Origin: an uncultured Oscillospiraceae bacterium | GTDB lineage: Bacteria; Bacillota; Clostridia; Oscillospirales; Oscillospiraceae | Direction of reading: 5' to 3' | NCBI GenBank assembly: GCA_944382965.1 | Contig: CALWOA010000009.1 | Coordinates: 24,500-88,499, forward strand | Length of the DNA: 64,000 nucleotides | In this document: piece after piece, positions 26,882 to 37,000 of the stretch | Layout of the letters: each line of letters opens with the position of its first letter | Position numbering within the stretch: the first letter of the stretch is position 1 | Translations under genes and position numbers: made by a program | The notes under the pieces: model-generated | Database searches by the model: none | Seen by the model: the letters and a program-made list of their open reading frames with translations, nothing else | What the model was told of the DNA's origin: nothing

Positions 26882-28627
26882 ATGGAGCGTTTCAACCTGC
26901 CTATTTACCAAACCCCCCTGAAAACCCGCTCCGATGTGGTGCAGGCGCTGCTTTCCATGATGGAGCCGGTGAAAGGCCATTTTACCCAGGGCAACGCCGG
27001 AATTCATCTGGGAGATCACGGAGCCCACTACGGCGAAAAAGTGGCCGAGATGGAGGCCTTTTCCCGGATGCTGTGGGGCATGGCCCCGCTGTGGTCCCAG
27101 GGAGAAGGGGATGAGTATCTTCCCCTCTTCCGGGAAGGCCTGGTAAACGGCACCAATCCGGAACATCCTGCCTACTGGGGGCAAGTCCGTGACTACGACC
27201 AGCGGATCGTGGAAATGGCCGCCATTGCCCTGACGCTGATGCTCTGCGGAAAGAAGCTCCGGCTTACGGACCAGGAAGCGAAAAATCTTCACACCTGGCT
27301 GTCCGGGGTGGACGGCAAGCAGATTCCCAGAAACAACTGGTATTTCTTCCGGGTGCTGGTGCACACCGCTTTCATCACCATGGGCTGGGATGCGGATTTG
27401 TCCGTAATTCAGGAGGATCTTGCCTTCCTGGACACCTGCTACGACAGCGACGGCTGGTATTTTGACGGCCAGCCCAGCCAGCGTGACTATTACATCCCCT
27501 TCGGCATGCACTATTACGGTCTGCTCTACAGCCATTTTCTGTCAGACCGTGACCCGGAGCGCGCCGAGATTTTCCGCCAGCGGGCAGCGCGGTTTGCCCA
27601 GGATTACCTGTACTGGTTTGAAGACAGCGGCCGGGCCATGTGCTTTGGCCGGAGCCTGACCTACCGCTTTGGTCAGTGCGCCTTCTTCTCTTCCCTGGCC
27701 TTTGCCGGGGTGGAAGCCCTGCCCTGGGGCGTGATGAAGTCCCGGGTGCTGGGCAACCTGCGGGATTGGCTGAGCCAGAGCATCTTCACTTCCGAGGGAC
27801 TTCTGAGTGTGGGATATTCCTATCCCAACCTGTGCATGAGCGAAAACTACAATGCCCCCGGCTCGCCTTACTGGGCCTTCAAGGCGTTTTTGTGTCTGGC
27901 TTTGCCGGAAGATCACCCCTTCTGGACCAGTCCGGAGGTGGTTCCCCAGCTGGAAAAAGAAGCCTATCTTCCCGCTGCCCGGATGATTCTGCGCCGGGAT
28001 GAATCCCAGGTACAGATGTTCCCCGCCGGTCACAGCTGTGTGTGCCAGCTGGGTCAGGTAGCTCCGAAATACGAAAAACTGGTCTATTCCAGCCGATTCG
28101 GCTATTCCGTGTCCCGGGGAGATTCCCTGGAAGAGGGAGCCTTTGACAGCTGCCTGGCAGTGAGCGAAGCCGGAGAAGACCGCTACCGGATGCAGCGGGG
28201 ATTCCTGGACTATCGAGTCAGTCCCCAGCAGACCTGGCGCCGGTTCCAGCCCATGCCCGGCGTTACGGTGGAAGTCACCGTCACCCCGGACTTTCCCAGC
28301 CATCGGCGGGACTATGTGATCTCCACCGACCGGGAAATCGATGTGGCCGATGGCGGCTTTGCCATCAGCGCACAGTGGGAAGATCGGCTTTGCACCCCGG
28401 ATATGGTGGAGCTGACCGACCGAAGCGTGGCTGTGCACGCCCCCTGGGGCAGCAGCAGCATACGCTGTGAAGATCTTCCCTGTAAGCCGGTACTGGTAAA
28501 CGCCTATCCCAACACCAATCTTCTGTTCCCGGTTACCCGGATTCCCACCCTCTGCTTTACACTGCAGCCGGGTGTTCACCGGTTTTCCACGGTGGTAACC
28601 GGCTCTGTCCCCGCCCGGATGATGTAA
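26882..28627 (+). CDS. DUF2264-family protein (putative glycoside hydrolase)
   Basis: MEAFSRMLWG, DYDQRIVEMA, NNWYFF, GWYFDG, FGRSLTYRF, YNAPGSPYWAFKAF, KYEKLVYSS. Confidence 0.8.
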   Translation: MERFNLPIYQTPLKTRSDVVQALLSMMEPVKGHFTQGNAGIHLGDHGAHYGEKVAEMEAFSRMLWGMAPLWSQGEGDEYLPLFREGLVNGTNPEHPAYWGQVRDYDQRIVEMAAIALTLMLCGKKLRLTDQEAKNLHTWLSGVDGKQIPRNNWYFFRVLVHTAFITMGWDADLSVIQEDLAFLDTCYDSDGWYFDGQPSQRDYYIPFGMHYYGLLYSHFLSDRDPERAEIFRQRAARFAQDYLYWFEDSGRAMCFGRSLTYRFGQCAFFSSLAFAGVEALPWGVMKSRVLGNLRDWLSQSIFTSEGLLSVGYSYPNLCMSENYNAPGSPYWAFKAFLCLALPEDHPFWTSPEVVPQLEKEAYLPAARMILRRDESQVQMFPAGHSCVCQLGQVAPKYEKLVYSSRFGYSVSRGDSLEEGAFDSCLAVSEAGEDRYRMQRGFLDYRVSPQQTWRRFQPMPGVTVEVTVTPDFPSHRRDYVISTDREIDVADGGFAISAQWEDRLCTPDMVELTDRSVAVHAPWGSSSIRCEDLPCKPVLVNAYPNTNLLFPVTRIPTLCFTLQPGVHRFSTVVTGSVPARMM

Positions 28628-28682
28628 TCCGGAAAACAAATCCGGACAGCCTGTTTCCGCTGCCCACAGGAGGTACAATCAG

Positions 28683-29471
28683 ATGCAACTGACTATTTCC
28701 ATTGTAGACGCGGAAGGCCGTATCAAAGCCACCGCTACCGCAGAAGGCGCTGTGACCTTAGTCTACCGGCAGCCCTACGCCGAAGGCGACCGGATCACCA
28801 TGACCAGCGACGCTGCCGGACATGTTGTGGCCCTGCTGGAAGACTCCATGGCCCAGACCTACGGCTGGCTGGACGGCACCTTCCAGCTGGTGATCCCCTT
28901 CGGAGAAAAGCGAATCAGCTATTCTCCCAAGAGCTTTACCAGCGAAGCGCACCTGCTCTGGGCACGGCAGGCAACTCCCGATGAGATTTCCGCCCGCCGG
29001 AATCTGGCGCTGAACGTGCTGGACAGCCACGACAATGTGGGTCTCTTCCCCCACGCCAAAGCCAATGTGGAAACCCGGGGCGAATCGGTATTTGCCGCCC
29101 GGAACGCCATTGACGGCTGCTTTGCCAACGACAGCCACGGTGCCTGGCCCTACCAGAGCTGGGGCATCAACCGCAATCCCGACGCTCTGTGGCATCTGGA
29201 CTTTGGCCGTCCGGTCACTTTGGATGAGCTGGTGCTGACCCTCCGGGCAGATTTCCCCCACGACAACTGGTGGAGACAGTGCACGGTGGAACTGTCCGAC
29301 GGCAGTGTGTACACCCTGGCACTGGAGAAAACCGCCCAGCGGCAGTCTTTCCGGATTGCTCCGAAAACCGTCACCTGGCTGGAACTGAAGCAGCTTCTCA
29401 AGGATGAAACCGATCCCTCTCCCTTCCCGGCTCTGACCCAGTTGGAAGCCTGGGGCACGGAAGCAAAATAA
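28683..29471 (+). CDS. Hypothetical protein with C-terminal galactose-binding-like (F5/8C, CBM32-like) domain
   Basis: RNLALN...ARNAIDG...SWG...WHLDFGRPVTLDELVL...LTQLEAWG pattern; no signal peptide; follows GH88 and DUF2264 in the operon. Confidence 0.6.
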   Translation: MQLTISIVDAEGRIKATATAEGAVTLVYRQPYAEGDRITMTSDAAGHVVALLEDSMAQTYGWLDGTFQLVIPFGEKRISYSPKSFTSEAHLLWARQATPDEISARRNLALNVLDSHDNVGLFPHAKANVETRGESVFAARNAIDGCFANDSHGAWPYQSWGINRNPDALWHLDFGRPVTLDELVLTLRADFPHDNWWRQCTVELSDGSVYTLALEKTAQRQSFRIAPKTVTWLELKQLLKDETDPSPFPALTQLEAWGTEAK

Positions 29472-29617
29472 TGTGAATCTGCCTCCCCGCAGTCTGCGTC
29501 CCCGGCAAACCCCGGGCTGTAAGCTGCGGGGAGCACTTTTCCCAGACTCGGCAGTCCTGGGAAAAAGGACACCGGAACCGAGGCCCCGGTGTCCTGAAAA
29601 AGTGGGATTGTGCTTTT

Positions 29618-30739
29618 TTAGCGGTTGGCGAACTTGCGCACCACGTCGGACATTTCCTGGAAGTGTTCTTCCATATCCTTTACCAGCTTGAACTGGGTCC
29701 GGGTACGGTCCAGATTCTGCTGGGGATAGTGGATGCGGAAGTAGTGGTCGCCTTCCAGATAGTCGGTGAGGAAGCGGATGCCGCACTCCAGGGTCATCAG
29801 TCTGGCACCCCAGGGCAGATACTCCAGTTCTGCCTCGGTCAGGCAGTTCTTGGTGCCTTCCAGGAAGCCCCGGGTGTAAGCGGTGTACAGGTCCATATCC
29901 AGGAACACCTTGGACAGATCCTGCTCGTCTTCCTTGCAGTGGTTGGCGCCGAAGCGGATGGAATCGCCGAAGTCATTGATGCTCAGGCCGGGCATGGTGG
30001 TATCCAGGTCAATGATGCAGATGCCCTCGCCGGTCTGCCGGTCGATGAGGATGTTGTTCAGCTTGGTATCGTTGTGGGTAACCCGCAGGGGCAGCTTTCC
30101 TTCCGCCAGAGCGTTGACCGCCACGGAGCAGTCAGCTTCCCGATCCATGACAAACTGGATTTCCGCCTGGGCGGAAGCGGCTCTGCCCATGGCGTCCTGC
30201 TTGACGGCCTGGCAGAACTTGTCGAAGCGGTTCTTGGTGTCGTGGAACTTGACGATGGTCTCGTTCAGGGTCTGGGCGGGGTACTCCTGCAGCAGGTTCT
30301 GGAACCGGCCGAAGGCCCGGGCAGAAGCTTCAAACAGCTCCGGAGTTGCGGTCTGGTAGCAGACGGTGTTTTCCACAAAGGGCATCAGCCGCCATACCTG
30401 ACCCTGCTCGTCGGTGTAGTAGGGCTTGCCGTCCTTGGTGGGCACCAGTCCCAGGGTTTCCCGGGCAGGATCGCCTCCCACGGCGGTGATTTTTTCCTTC
30501 AGGAAGGAGGTAATTCCCACGAAGTTCTCCATCAGCGCATGGGGATCGGGGAATACGTTGCTGTTGATTCTCTGCAGAATATAACGGATGGCGTCACCTT
30601 CCTGGGGCTGGCAAACCACGCAGTAGGTGTCATTGATGTGTCCCTGGCCATAGCGGACGGCACCCAGCAGGGTTTCCGGAAGGGCAAACTGGGACAGCAC
30701 CTGGCTCAGAACGGGGTCGCTGGTCTGATAAGTAAGCAT
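29618..30739 (-). CDS. nahK: N-acetylhexosamine 1-kinase (APH/choline-kinase fold)
   Basis: Start MLTYQTSDP (RBS AAGGAG). YGQGHINDTY, ILQRIN, VTHNDTKLNN, IDLDT, DFGDSIR, FLTDYLEGDHYF, NLDRTRTQ. Confidence 0.8.
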   Translation of the reverse strand: MLTYQTSDPVLSQVLSQFALPETLLGAVRYGQGHINDTYCVVCQPQEGDAIRYILQRINSNVFPDPHALMENFVGITSFLKEKITAVGGDPARETLGLVPTKDGKPYYTDEQGQVWRLMPFVENTVCYQTATPELFEASARAFGRFQNLLQEYPAQTLNETIVKFHDTKNRFDKFCQAVKQDAMGRAASAQAEIQFVMDREADCSVAVNALAEGKLPLRVTHNDTKLNNILIDRQTGEGICIIDLDTTMPGLSINDFGDSIRFGANHCKEDEQDLSKVFLDMDLYTAYTRGFLEGTKNCLTEAELEYLPWGARLMTLECGIRFLTDYLEGDHYFRIHYPQQNLDRTRTQFKLVKDMEEHFQEMSDVVRKFANR

Positions 30740-31305
30740 ACACATTCTCCTTTTTATCATTGTGGCGAAACGCTGCTGAATCATAATGAAATAGTACTTT
30801 ATAAAAGCATCATTTGTCAATCTCCATTACAATACTATCTTTATCAAAATAAACTATACCACCCTTCCAAGTCCGGGAAAAACCAGCGCCGCCTTCCTAG
30901 CAGAAAGCAGCAGCAGATTTTCTTCCAGGGGAAGGGGTTCCATTTTCCCAGCAGGGCCACAGTCACAGAAAAATAGGCAGAAAGTTTTGGTATTCCAGGG
31001 CTTTCCGGTTTCTTTACAGGATACAATGGCAGCTGTCAAAAAGGTCATCCTGCCTTCCCCATCCCTGTGTGTCTTACAGGTCGCAGCGATCAATTCGTCT
31101 GCATGGTACTTTTCGGGCAAATCGCATTCCGGGGTCTCTAATTCATTATACAAAATCAACTGAAACAAGCTTCAAATGCCCCTTGCGAAAAAGTTTTTCC
31201 CATCCTCCAGGGCGGCCAGGGATTTGTTTTCCTCCCCGGTTTACATTTGCCCCCGGTGCTGATAGAATAGAAACAAAACAATCAGGCAGGAAATGAGGTG
31301 GGAGG

Positions 31306-31980
31306 ATGTTTCAAATTTTGGTTGTGGACGATGACAAAAATACCCGGACCCTGATGAAGCTGGTGCTGGAAGGGGACAATTATTCTGTCCTCACCGCCTG
31401 CAACGGAGAGGAAGCCCTGGCAGTGATGGACAGCAACCATGTGGATCTGGTGGTGCTGGATGTGATGATGCCGGAGATGGACGGCTACCAGCTGACCCGG
31501 GCGCTGCGGGAGAGCAACAACAATCTGCCCATTCTGATGGTCTCCGCCAAACAGCTGCCGGCGGACAAAAAGCAGGCCTTTCTGGTGGGCACCGACGATT
31601 ACATGACCAAGCCCGTGGACGAGGAAGAAATGCTGCTGCGGATCCGGGCCCTGCTGCGCCGGGCCAGAATTGTCAGCGAGCGGCGGATTGTCATTGGAGA
31701 TGTGGTGCTGGATTACGACGCCATGACCGTATCCCGGGGCAGCGAAACCCAGCAGCTTCCCCAGAAGGAATTTCTGCTGCTGTATAAACTTTTGTCCTAC
31801 CCGGGAAAGATCTTCACCCGGATTCAGCTGATGGATGAAATCTGGGGCATGGACAGCGAAACCGGCTGGGAGACGGTGACGGTACACATCGGACGGCTGC
31901 GCAAGCGCTTTGAAGGCTGGCCGGAATTTGAGATTCTCTCTGTCCGGGGACTGGGATATAAGGCGGTGAAAAAGGTATGA
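31306..31980 (+). CDS. OmpR-family response regulator
   Basis: ILVVDDD, LDVMMPEMDG, DDYMTKP, winged-helix TVTVHIGRLRKR. Confidence 0.95.
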   Translation: MFQILVVDDDKNTRTLMKLVLEGDNYSVLTACNGEEALAVMDSNHVDLVVLDVMMPEMDGYQLTRALRESNNNLPILMVSAKQLPADKKQAFLVGTDDYMTKPVDEEEMLLRIRALLRRARIVSERRIVIGDVVLDYDAMTVSRGSETQQLPQKEFLLLYKLLSYPGKIFTRIQLMDEIWGMDSETGWETVTVHIGRLRKRFEGWPEFEILSVRGLGYKAVKKV

Positions 31981-33065
31981 CCCAAAGAAAACAGCCCAAG
32001 CATTTCGGGCTGATGCTGATGTTTGCCTTTGTGGCGTTTCTGACCATGCTGATTAACAGCGTCATCACCTCTGGACTGATGTATGTTCTGATTAAGGGCA
32101 GGCTCCTGTCAGCTTATCAGGAAGTGGTGCCCTATGCGGGGATGCTGCTGCTGTTCAATTCTTTGCTGAGCGTTCCGGTAGCGTTTCTGGTGGCCGTGGT
32201 GACGGTGAAATTTCCCCTGAAGCCGGTACGGACTCTGATTGACGGCATGGATGCGCTGGCCTCAGGGAATCTCAAAACCCGGGTCAACGTAGGCAGCATT
32301 ATGCGCAATTATCCGGACTTTGTAGCGGTTTGCGAAAGCTTCAACAAAATGGCGGAGCAGCTGGAAAATACGGAAATGCTCCGCTCGGACTTTATCAACA
32401 ACTTTTCCCACGAGTTCAAAACCCCCATCGTCTCCATCGCGGGCTTTGCCAAGCTGCTGAAAAAGGGAAATCTGCCCCCACAGCAGCAGAAAGAATACTT
32501 AGACATCATTGAGCAGGAATCCCTGCGCTTAAGTTATATGGCCACCAATGTGCTGAATCTGACCAAGGTGGAAAACCAGACCATCCTGACGGATGTTACC
32601 CAATTTAACCTGTCGGAGCAGATCCGCTCGTGCATTTTGATGCTGGAACGGAAATGGAGCTGCAAGAATTTGGAGCTCCAGCTGGAGTTTGGGGAATACA
32701 CCATCCAGGCCAACGAAGAACTGCTCAAGCAGGTATGGCTGAATCTGCTGGACAACGCGGTGAAATTTACACCGGAGGGCCATACCGTCCGGGTACAGAT
32801 TACCCAGCGCCCCCGGGGGCTGGAAGTCGCGGTAACCAACACCGGAAGCCAGATCCCGCTGGAGCATCAGAAGAAAATCTTCAACAAATTCTACCAGGCG
32901 GACGAATCCCACGCCACCCAGGGAAACGGCGTGGGTCTGGCTGTGGTAAAACGGATTGTGCAGCTTCACGGTGGTGAGGTCTGGGTCAGGAGCGCAGACG
33001 ACATCACCACCTTCACCGTGCTGCTGCCGGACAATCCCGGGAACGGAAGCATCCAAGAAGCATAA
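31977..33065 (+). CDS. Sensor histidine kinase (HAMP-HisKA-HATPase)
   Basis: Two TM segments, H-box FSHEFKTP, NLLDNAVKF, GNGVGLA; 4-nt overlap with the regulator. Confidence 0.95.
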   Translation: MTQRKQPKHFGLMLMFAFVAFLTMLINSVITSGLMYVLIKGRLLSAYQEVVPYAGMLLLFNSLLSVPVAFLVAVVTVKFPLKPVRTLIDGMDALASGNLKTRVNVGSIMRNYPDFVAVCESFNKMAEQLENTEMLRSDFINNFSHEFKTPIVSIAGFAKLLKKGNLPPQQQKEYLDIIEQESLRLSYMATNVLNLTKVENQTILTDVTQFNLSEQIRSCILMLERKWSCKNLELQLEFGEYTIQANEELLKQVWLNLLDNAVKFTPEGHTVRVQITQRPRGLEVAVTNTGSQIPLEHQKKIFNKFYQADESHATQGNGVGLAVVKRIVQLHGGEVWVRSADDITTFTVLLPDNPGNGSIQEA

Positions 33066-33081
33066 AACAGGAGGAATGTTT

Positions 33082-33810
33082 GTGAGTATTTTATTGACGC
33101 TGGCCTATTTGTTTTTTATCGGCTCCATCTTAGGCTGGGTGCTGGAGCTGCTGTTCCGGAATCTGACCCACCCCCACAAGACCTGGATCAATCCCGGCTT
33201 CTGCACCGGCCCTTACCTGCCGATCTATGGTTTCGGACTGTGCGTGCTGTATCTGCTGGCATCCCTGGAGCAGTACCAGATGATTGAAGACCCCTTCTGG
33301 AACAAAGTGGCACTGTTTTCCGCCATGGCAGTGGGCATGACGGTAATTGAATATGTGGCCGGTGTGTTCTGTCTGAAATTCCTGAAAGTACGCCTGTGGG
33401 ACTACTCTGACCTATGGGGCAATATTCAGGGCATCATCTGCCCGCTGTTTTCCTTCTTCTGGGCCATCTTGGGGGCACTGTATTATTTCCTGGTGCATCC
33501 TCACATTCTGGAAGGACTGGAGTGGCTATCTCAGAATCTGGCATTTTCCTTCTTTATCGGCATGTTCTTTGGCGTATTTCTGGTGGATGTGGCCCATTCC
33601 AGCCAGCTGATTGTAAAGCTGAAGCGCTTTGCCGAAGAGCATACCGTGGTTCTGCGCTACGAGGGCATCAAGGCCCATATTCGCAACGACCTGGAACGTT
33701 CTTCTGCAAAATACCGGTTCTTTGCCCCCTTCCATTCCGAGCGCCCCCTGAGCCAGTCCCTGAAAGAGATTGTGGAGCTGATGGAAAATCGGCGGGCCCA
33801 CCGGAAATGA
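33082..33810 (+). CDS. DUF1113 / putative ABC-transporter-permease-type membrane protein
   Basis: GTG start 7 nt after AGGAGG. FFIGSILGWVLE, NPGFCTGPYLPIYGFG, WDYS..WGNIQGIICP. Confidence 0.75.
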   Translation: MSILLTLAYLFFIGSILGWVLELLFRNLTHPHKTWINPGFCTGPYLPIYGFGLCVLYLLASLEQYQMIEDPFWNKVALFSAMAVGMTVIEYVAGVFCLKFLKVRLWDYSDLWGNIQGIICPLFSFFWAILGALYYFLVHPHILEGLEWLSQNLAFSFFIGMFFGVFLVDVAHSSQLIVKLKRFAEEHTVVLRYEGIKAHIRNDLERSSAKYRFFAPFHSERPLSQSLKEIVELMENRRAHRK

Positions 33811-34011
33811 TTTGGCAAAGAATTGGATAATCTTTACACAATTGAATGTTGTGTTTTCTTTCGGTTTAGATTGCTGCTGTATGCTATCTCTATGATGTGA
33901 AAAAGCAGCTTCTGACCCGGAACGTCTACCGGGAGCATGAAAATTGCTCCCGGCTGCTTTTGCGGTCAGACTCCCCTTGTGGGAGAAAGCAACATACAGG
34001 AGGCAGACCAT

Positions 34012-37000
34012 ATGAAGACCTATCGTGCCGGTATTGACGTAGGTTCCACCACCGTCAAGCTGGTTATTTTGGATGAAGGCGGAAAGATTCTCTTTGGAGA
34101 CTACCGTCGCCACCATGCCCACACCCAGCAGACTTTGAACTCTCTGCTGATGATGGCAAAAAAGTCCCTGGGGGAGTGTGGCCTGCGGATTCAGATTACC
34201 GGCTCCGGCTCCATCAACCTGGGCAAAGCCCTGGACATCCCCTTCGTTCAGGAAGTGGTGGCAGTGGCCTCGGCGCTGAAATACGCTGCCCCCCAGACCG
34301 ATGTGGCCATTGAGCTGGGCGGCGAGGATGCCAAGATCATCTACTTCCGGGGCGGCCTGGAAGAGCGGATGAATGGTGTCTGCGCCGGCGGCACCGGCTC
34401 CTTTATCGACCAGATGGCGGCGCTGCTGCAGACCGACGCAGAGGGACTGAACAATGCCGCCAAGGATTACCAGCAGATTTACCCCATCGCCGCCCGGTGC
34501 GGCGTGTTCGCCAAGACGGATATTCAGCCGTTAATCAACGACGGAGCCACCAAAGCCGACCTGGCGGCTTCCATTTTCCAGGCGGTGGTGAACCAGACCA
34601 TCTCGGGCCTGGCCTGCGGCAAGCCCATCCGGGGCTGTGTTGCCTTCCTGGGCGGGCCGCTGCACTTCCTGACGGAGTTGAAGGCAGCCTTTGTCCGCAC
34701 ATTGCATCTGACGAAGGAAACCACCGTTGACCCGGAGAATTCTCACCTGTTTGCCGCCATGGGCGCTGCCCTGGAAGCAAAGGAGCAGAAGGACGTTTCT
34801 CTGACTGCCCTGGTGGAGAAACTGCAAAAAGGCGTGCAGATTCAGTTCGAAATGCCCCGGCTGGAGCCTCTGTTCCGGGAAAAAGAGGAATATGAGGCTT
34901 TCTGCCGCCGCCATGCTCAGGCAGTGGTGAAAAAAGCAGAACTGGAAACCTACCGGGGCAACTGCTACCTGGGCATTGACGCAGGCTCCACCACCACCAA
35001 GCTGGCGCTGATTGGCGAAGATGGGCAGCTTCTATATCAATTCTACGCCAACAACCAGGGAAACCCCATCCTCACCTCCCAGTTTGCCATCGGGCAGCTG
35101 CAAAGCCGCCTGCCGGAAGGGGCCAGAATTGTCCGTTCCTGCTCCACCGGCTACGGCGAAGCCCTGCTGCAGGCAGCCTTCTCCCTGGACGAAGGGGTGG
35201 TGGAAACCATCGCCCACTGCACCGCCGCCTCCTTCTTTGACCCGGAGGTGGACTGCGTGCTGGACATCGGCGGTCAGGACATGAAGTGCATCAAGCTGAA
35301 AAACGGCACGGTGGACAACATCATGCTCAACGAAGCCTGTTCCTCCGGCTGCGGCTCCTTCATTGAGAACTTCGCCACCTCTCTGGGCTACACCGCCGAA
35401 ACCTTTGCCCAGGCTGCACTGGAGGCCAAAGCCCCGGTGGATTTGGGCACCCGGTGCACGGTGTTTATGAACTCCAACGTCAAGCAGGCCCAGAAAGAGG
35501 GGGCCACGGTGCCAGACATTTCCGCAGGTCTAGCCTACTCCGTGATCAAAAACGCCCTGTACAAGGTCATCAAGCTGGCCTCCGCCCAGGATTTGGGGCA
35601 GCACATCGTGGTCCAGGGCGGCACCTTCCACAACCAAGCGGTGCTGCGGGCTTTCGAGAATATCACCGGAGTGGAGGTCACCTGCCCGGATATTTCCGGT
35701 CTGATGGGTGCCTTCGGCGCAGCACTGACGGCGAAAAATCACTACACCGGTCAGGAAAGTACCATGCTGTCCCTGGATGAAATCCAAAAGCTGACCTACT
35801 CCACCACCAGCGTCCGCTGCGGCGGCTGCAGCAACAACTGCATGCTCACCATCAACAAATTCTCCGGCGGCAAGAAGCACATCAGCGGCAACCGCTGCGA
35901 AAAAGGCGCCGGCGGCGGCAGTGCAAAGGCCAACAAGGCTCCCAATTTGGTGCAGTTTAAGCAGAAGGTGATGTTTGACTACCCGCCTTTGGAAGAAGCG
36001 AATGCCCCCCGGGGCACCATCGGCATTCCCAGAGTGCTGAATATGTATGAAAATTACCCCTTCTGGGCGACTTTCTTTAAGGAATTGGGCTTCCGGGTGG
36101 TGCTGTCTCCCTTTGCCAGCCGGAAAATCTACCAGCTGGGCATGGAATCCATCCCTTCGGAATCTGCCTGTTATCCGGCAAAGCTTGCCCACGGTCAGGT
36201 TCAGTGGCTGGTTGACCAGGGCATCAAGACCATTTTCCATCCCTGTGTATTCTACGAACATCAGGAGACCCAGAAAGCCCAGAATCACTTCAACTGCCCC
36301 ATTGTGGTTTCCTACGCCGAAAACCTGAAAAACAACGTAGAAGCCATTACCGAAGGAGACGTCCATTACATCCGGCCCTTTATTGCCTTCACCAGTGAAG
36401 AAATTGCCGCTGACCGGCTGGTAAAAACTGCCGCCGAAGAATGGCAGATTCCGGAAAAGGAAGTTCGTGCCGCCGTTCACGCCGCCTGGCTTGCCCAGCA
36501 CCAGGCCAAGGAAACCATCCGCCAGGAGGGGAAACGGCTTCTGGAGCAGATGGAGCGCACCGGCAGCCGGGGCATTGTCCTGGCTGGACGGCCCTACCAC
36601 ATGGACCCGGAAATCAACCACGGCATTCCGGAGCTGATTGCCTCCTACGGCCTGTACGTCTTTACCGAGGACAGCCTGCCGGTGGACTTTAATCCTCAGC
36701 GACCCCTGCGGGTGGTGGATCAGTGGGTGTACCACTCCCGGCTGTACACCGCCGCAGAATTTGTCAGCCACCGCAACGATTTGGAGTTGGTGCAGCTGAC
36801 CTCCTTTGGATGCGGCCTGGATGCGGTCACCGCCGACCAGGTCAGCGAAATTCTGGAAAAGAGCAACAAGCTCTATACCTTGCTGAAAATTGACGAAGTG
36901 AACAACCTGGGTGCGGTGCGCATCCGTATCCGTTCCCTGCTGGCGGCCATGGATATGCGCCGGGAAAAACAAATTCAGGCCAAACCCAGCCTGCCGCCCT

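Noticed and set aside
33912-33960. Purine riboswitch (ACGTCTACCGGG resembles the J2/3-P3 region)
   Set aside because: No P2 stem or ATATGG loop, and no CCNTAAA L3 loop for the kissing interaction.
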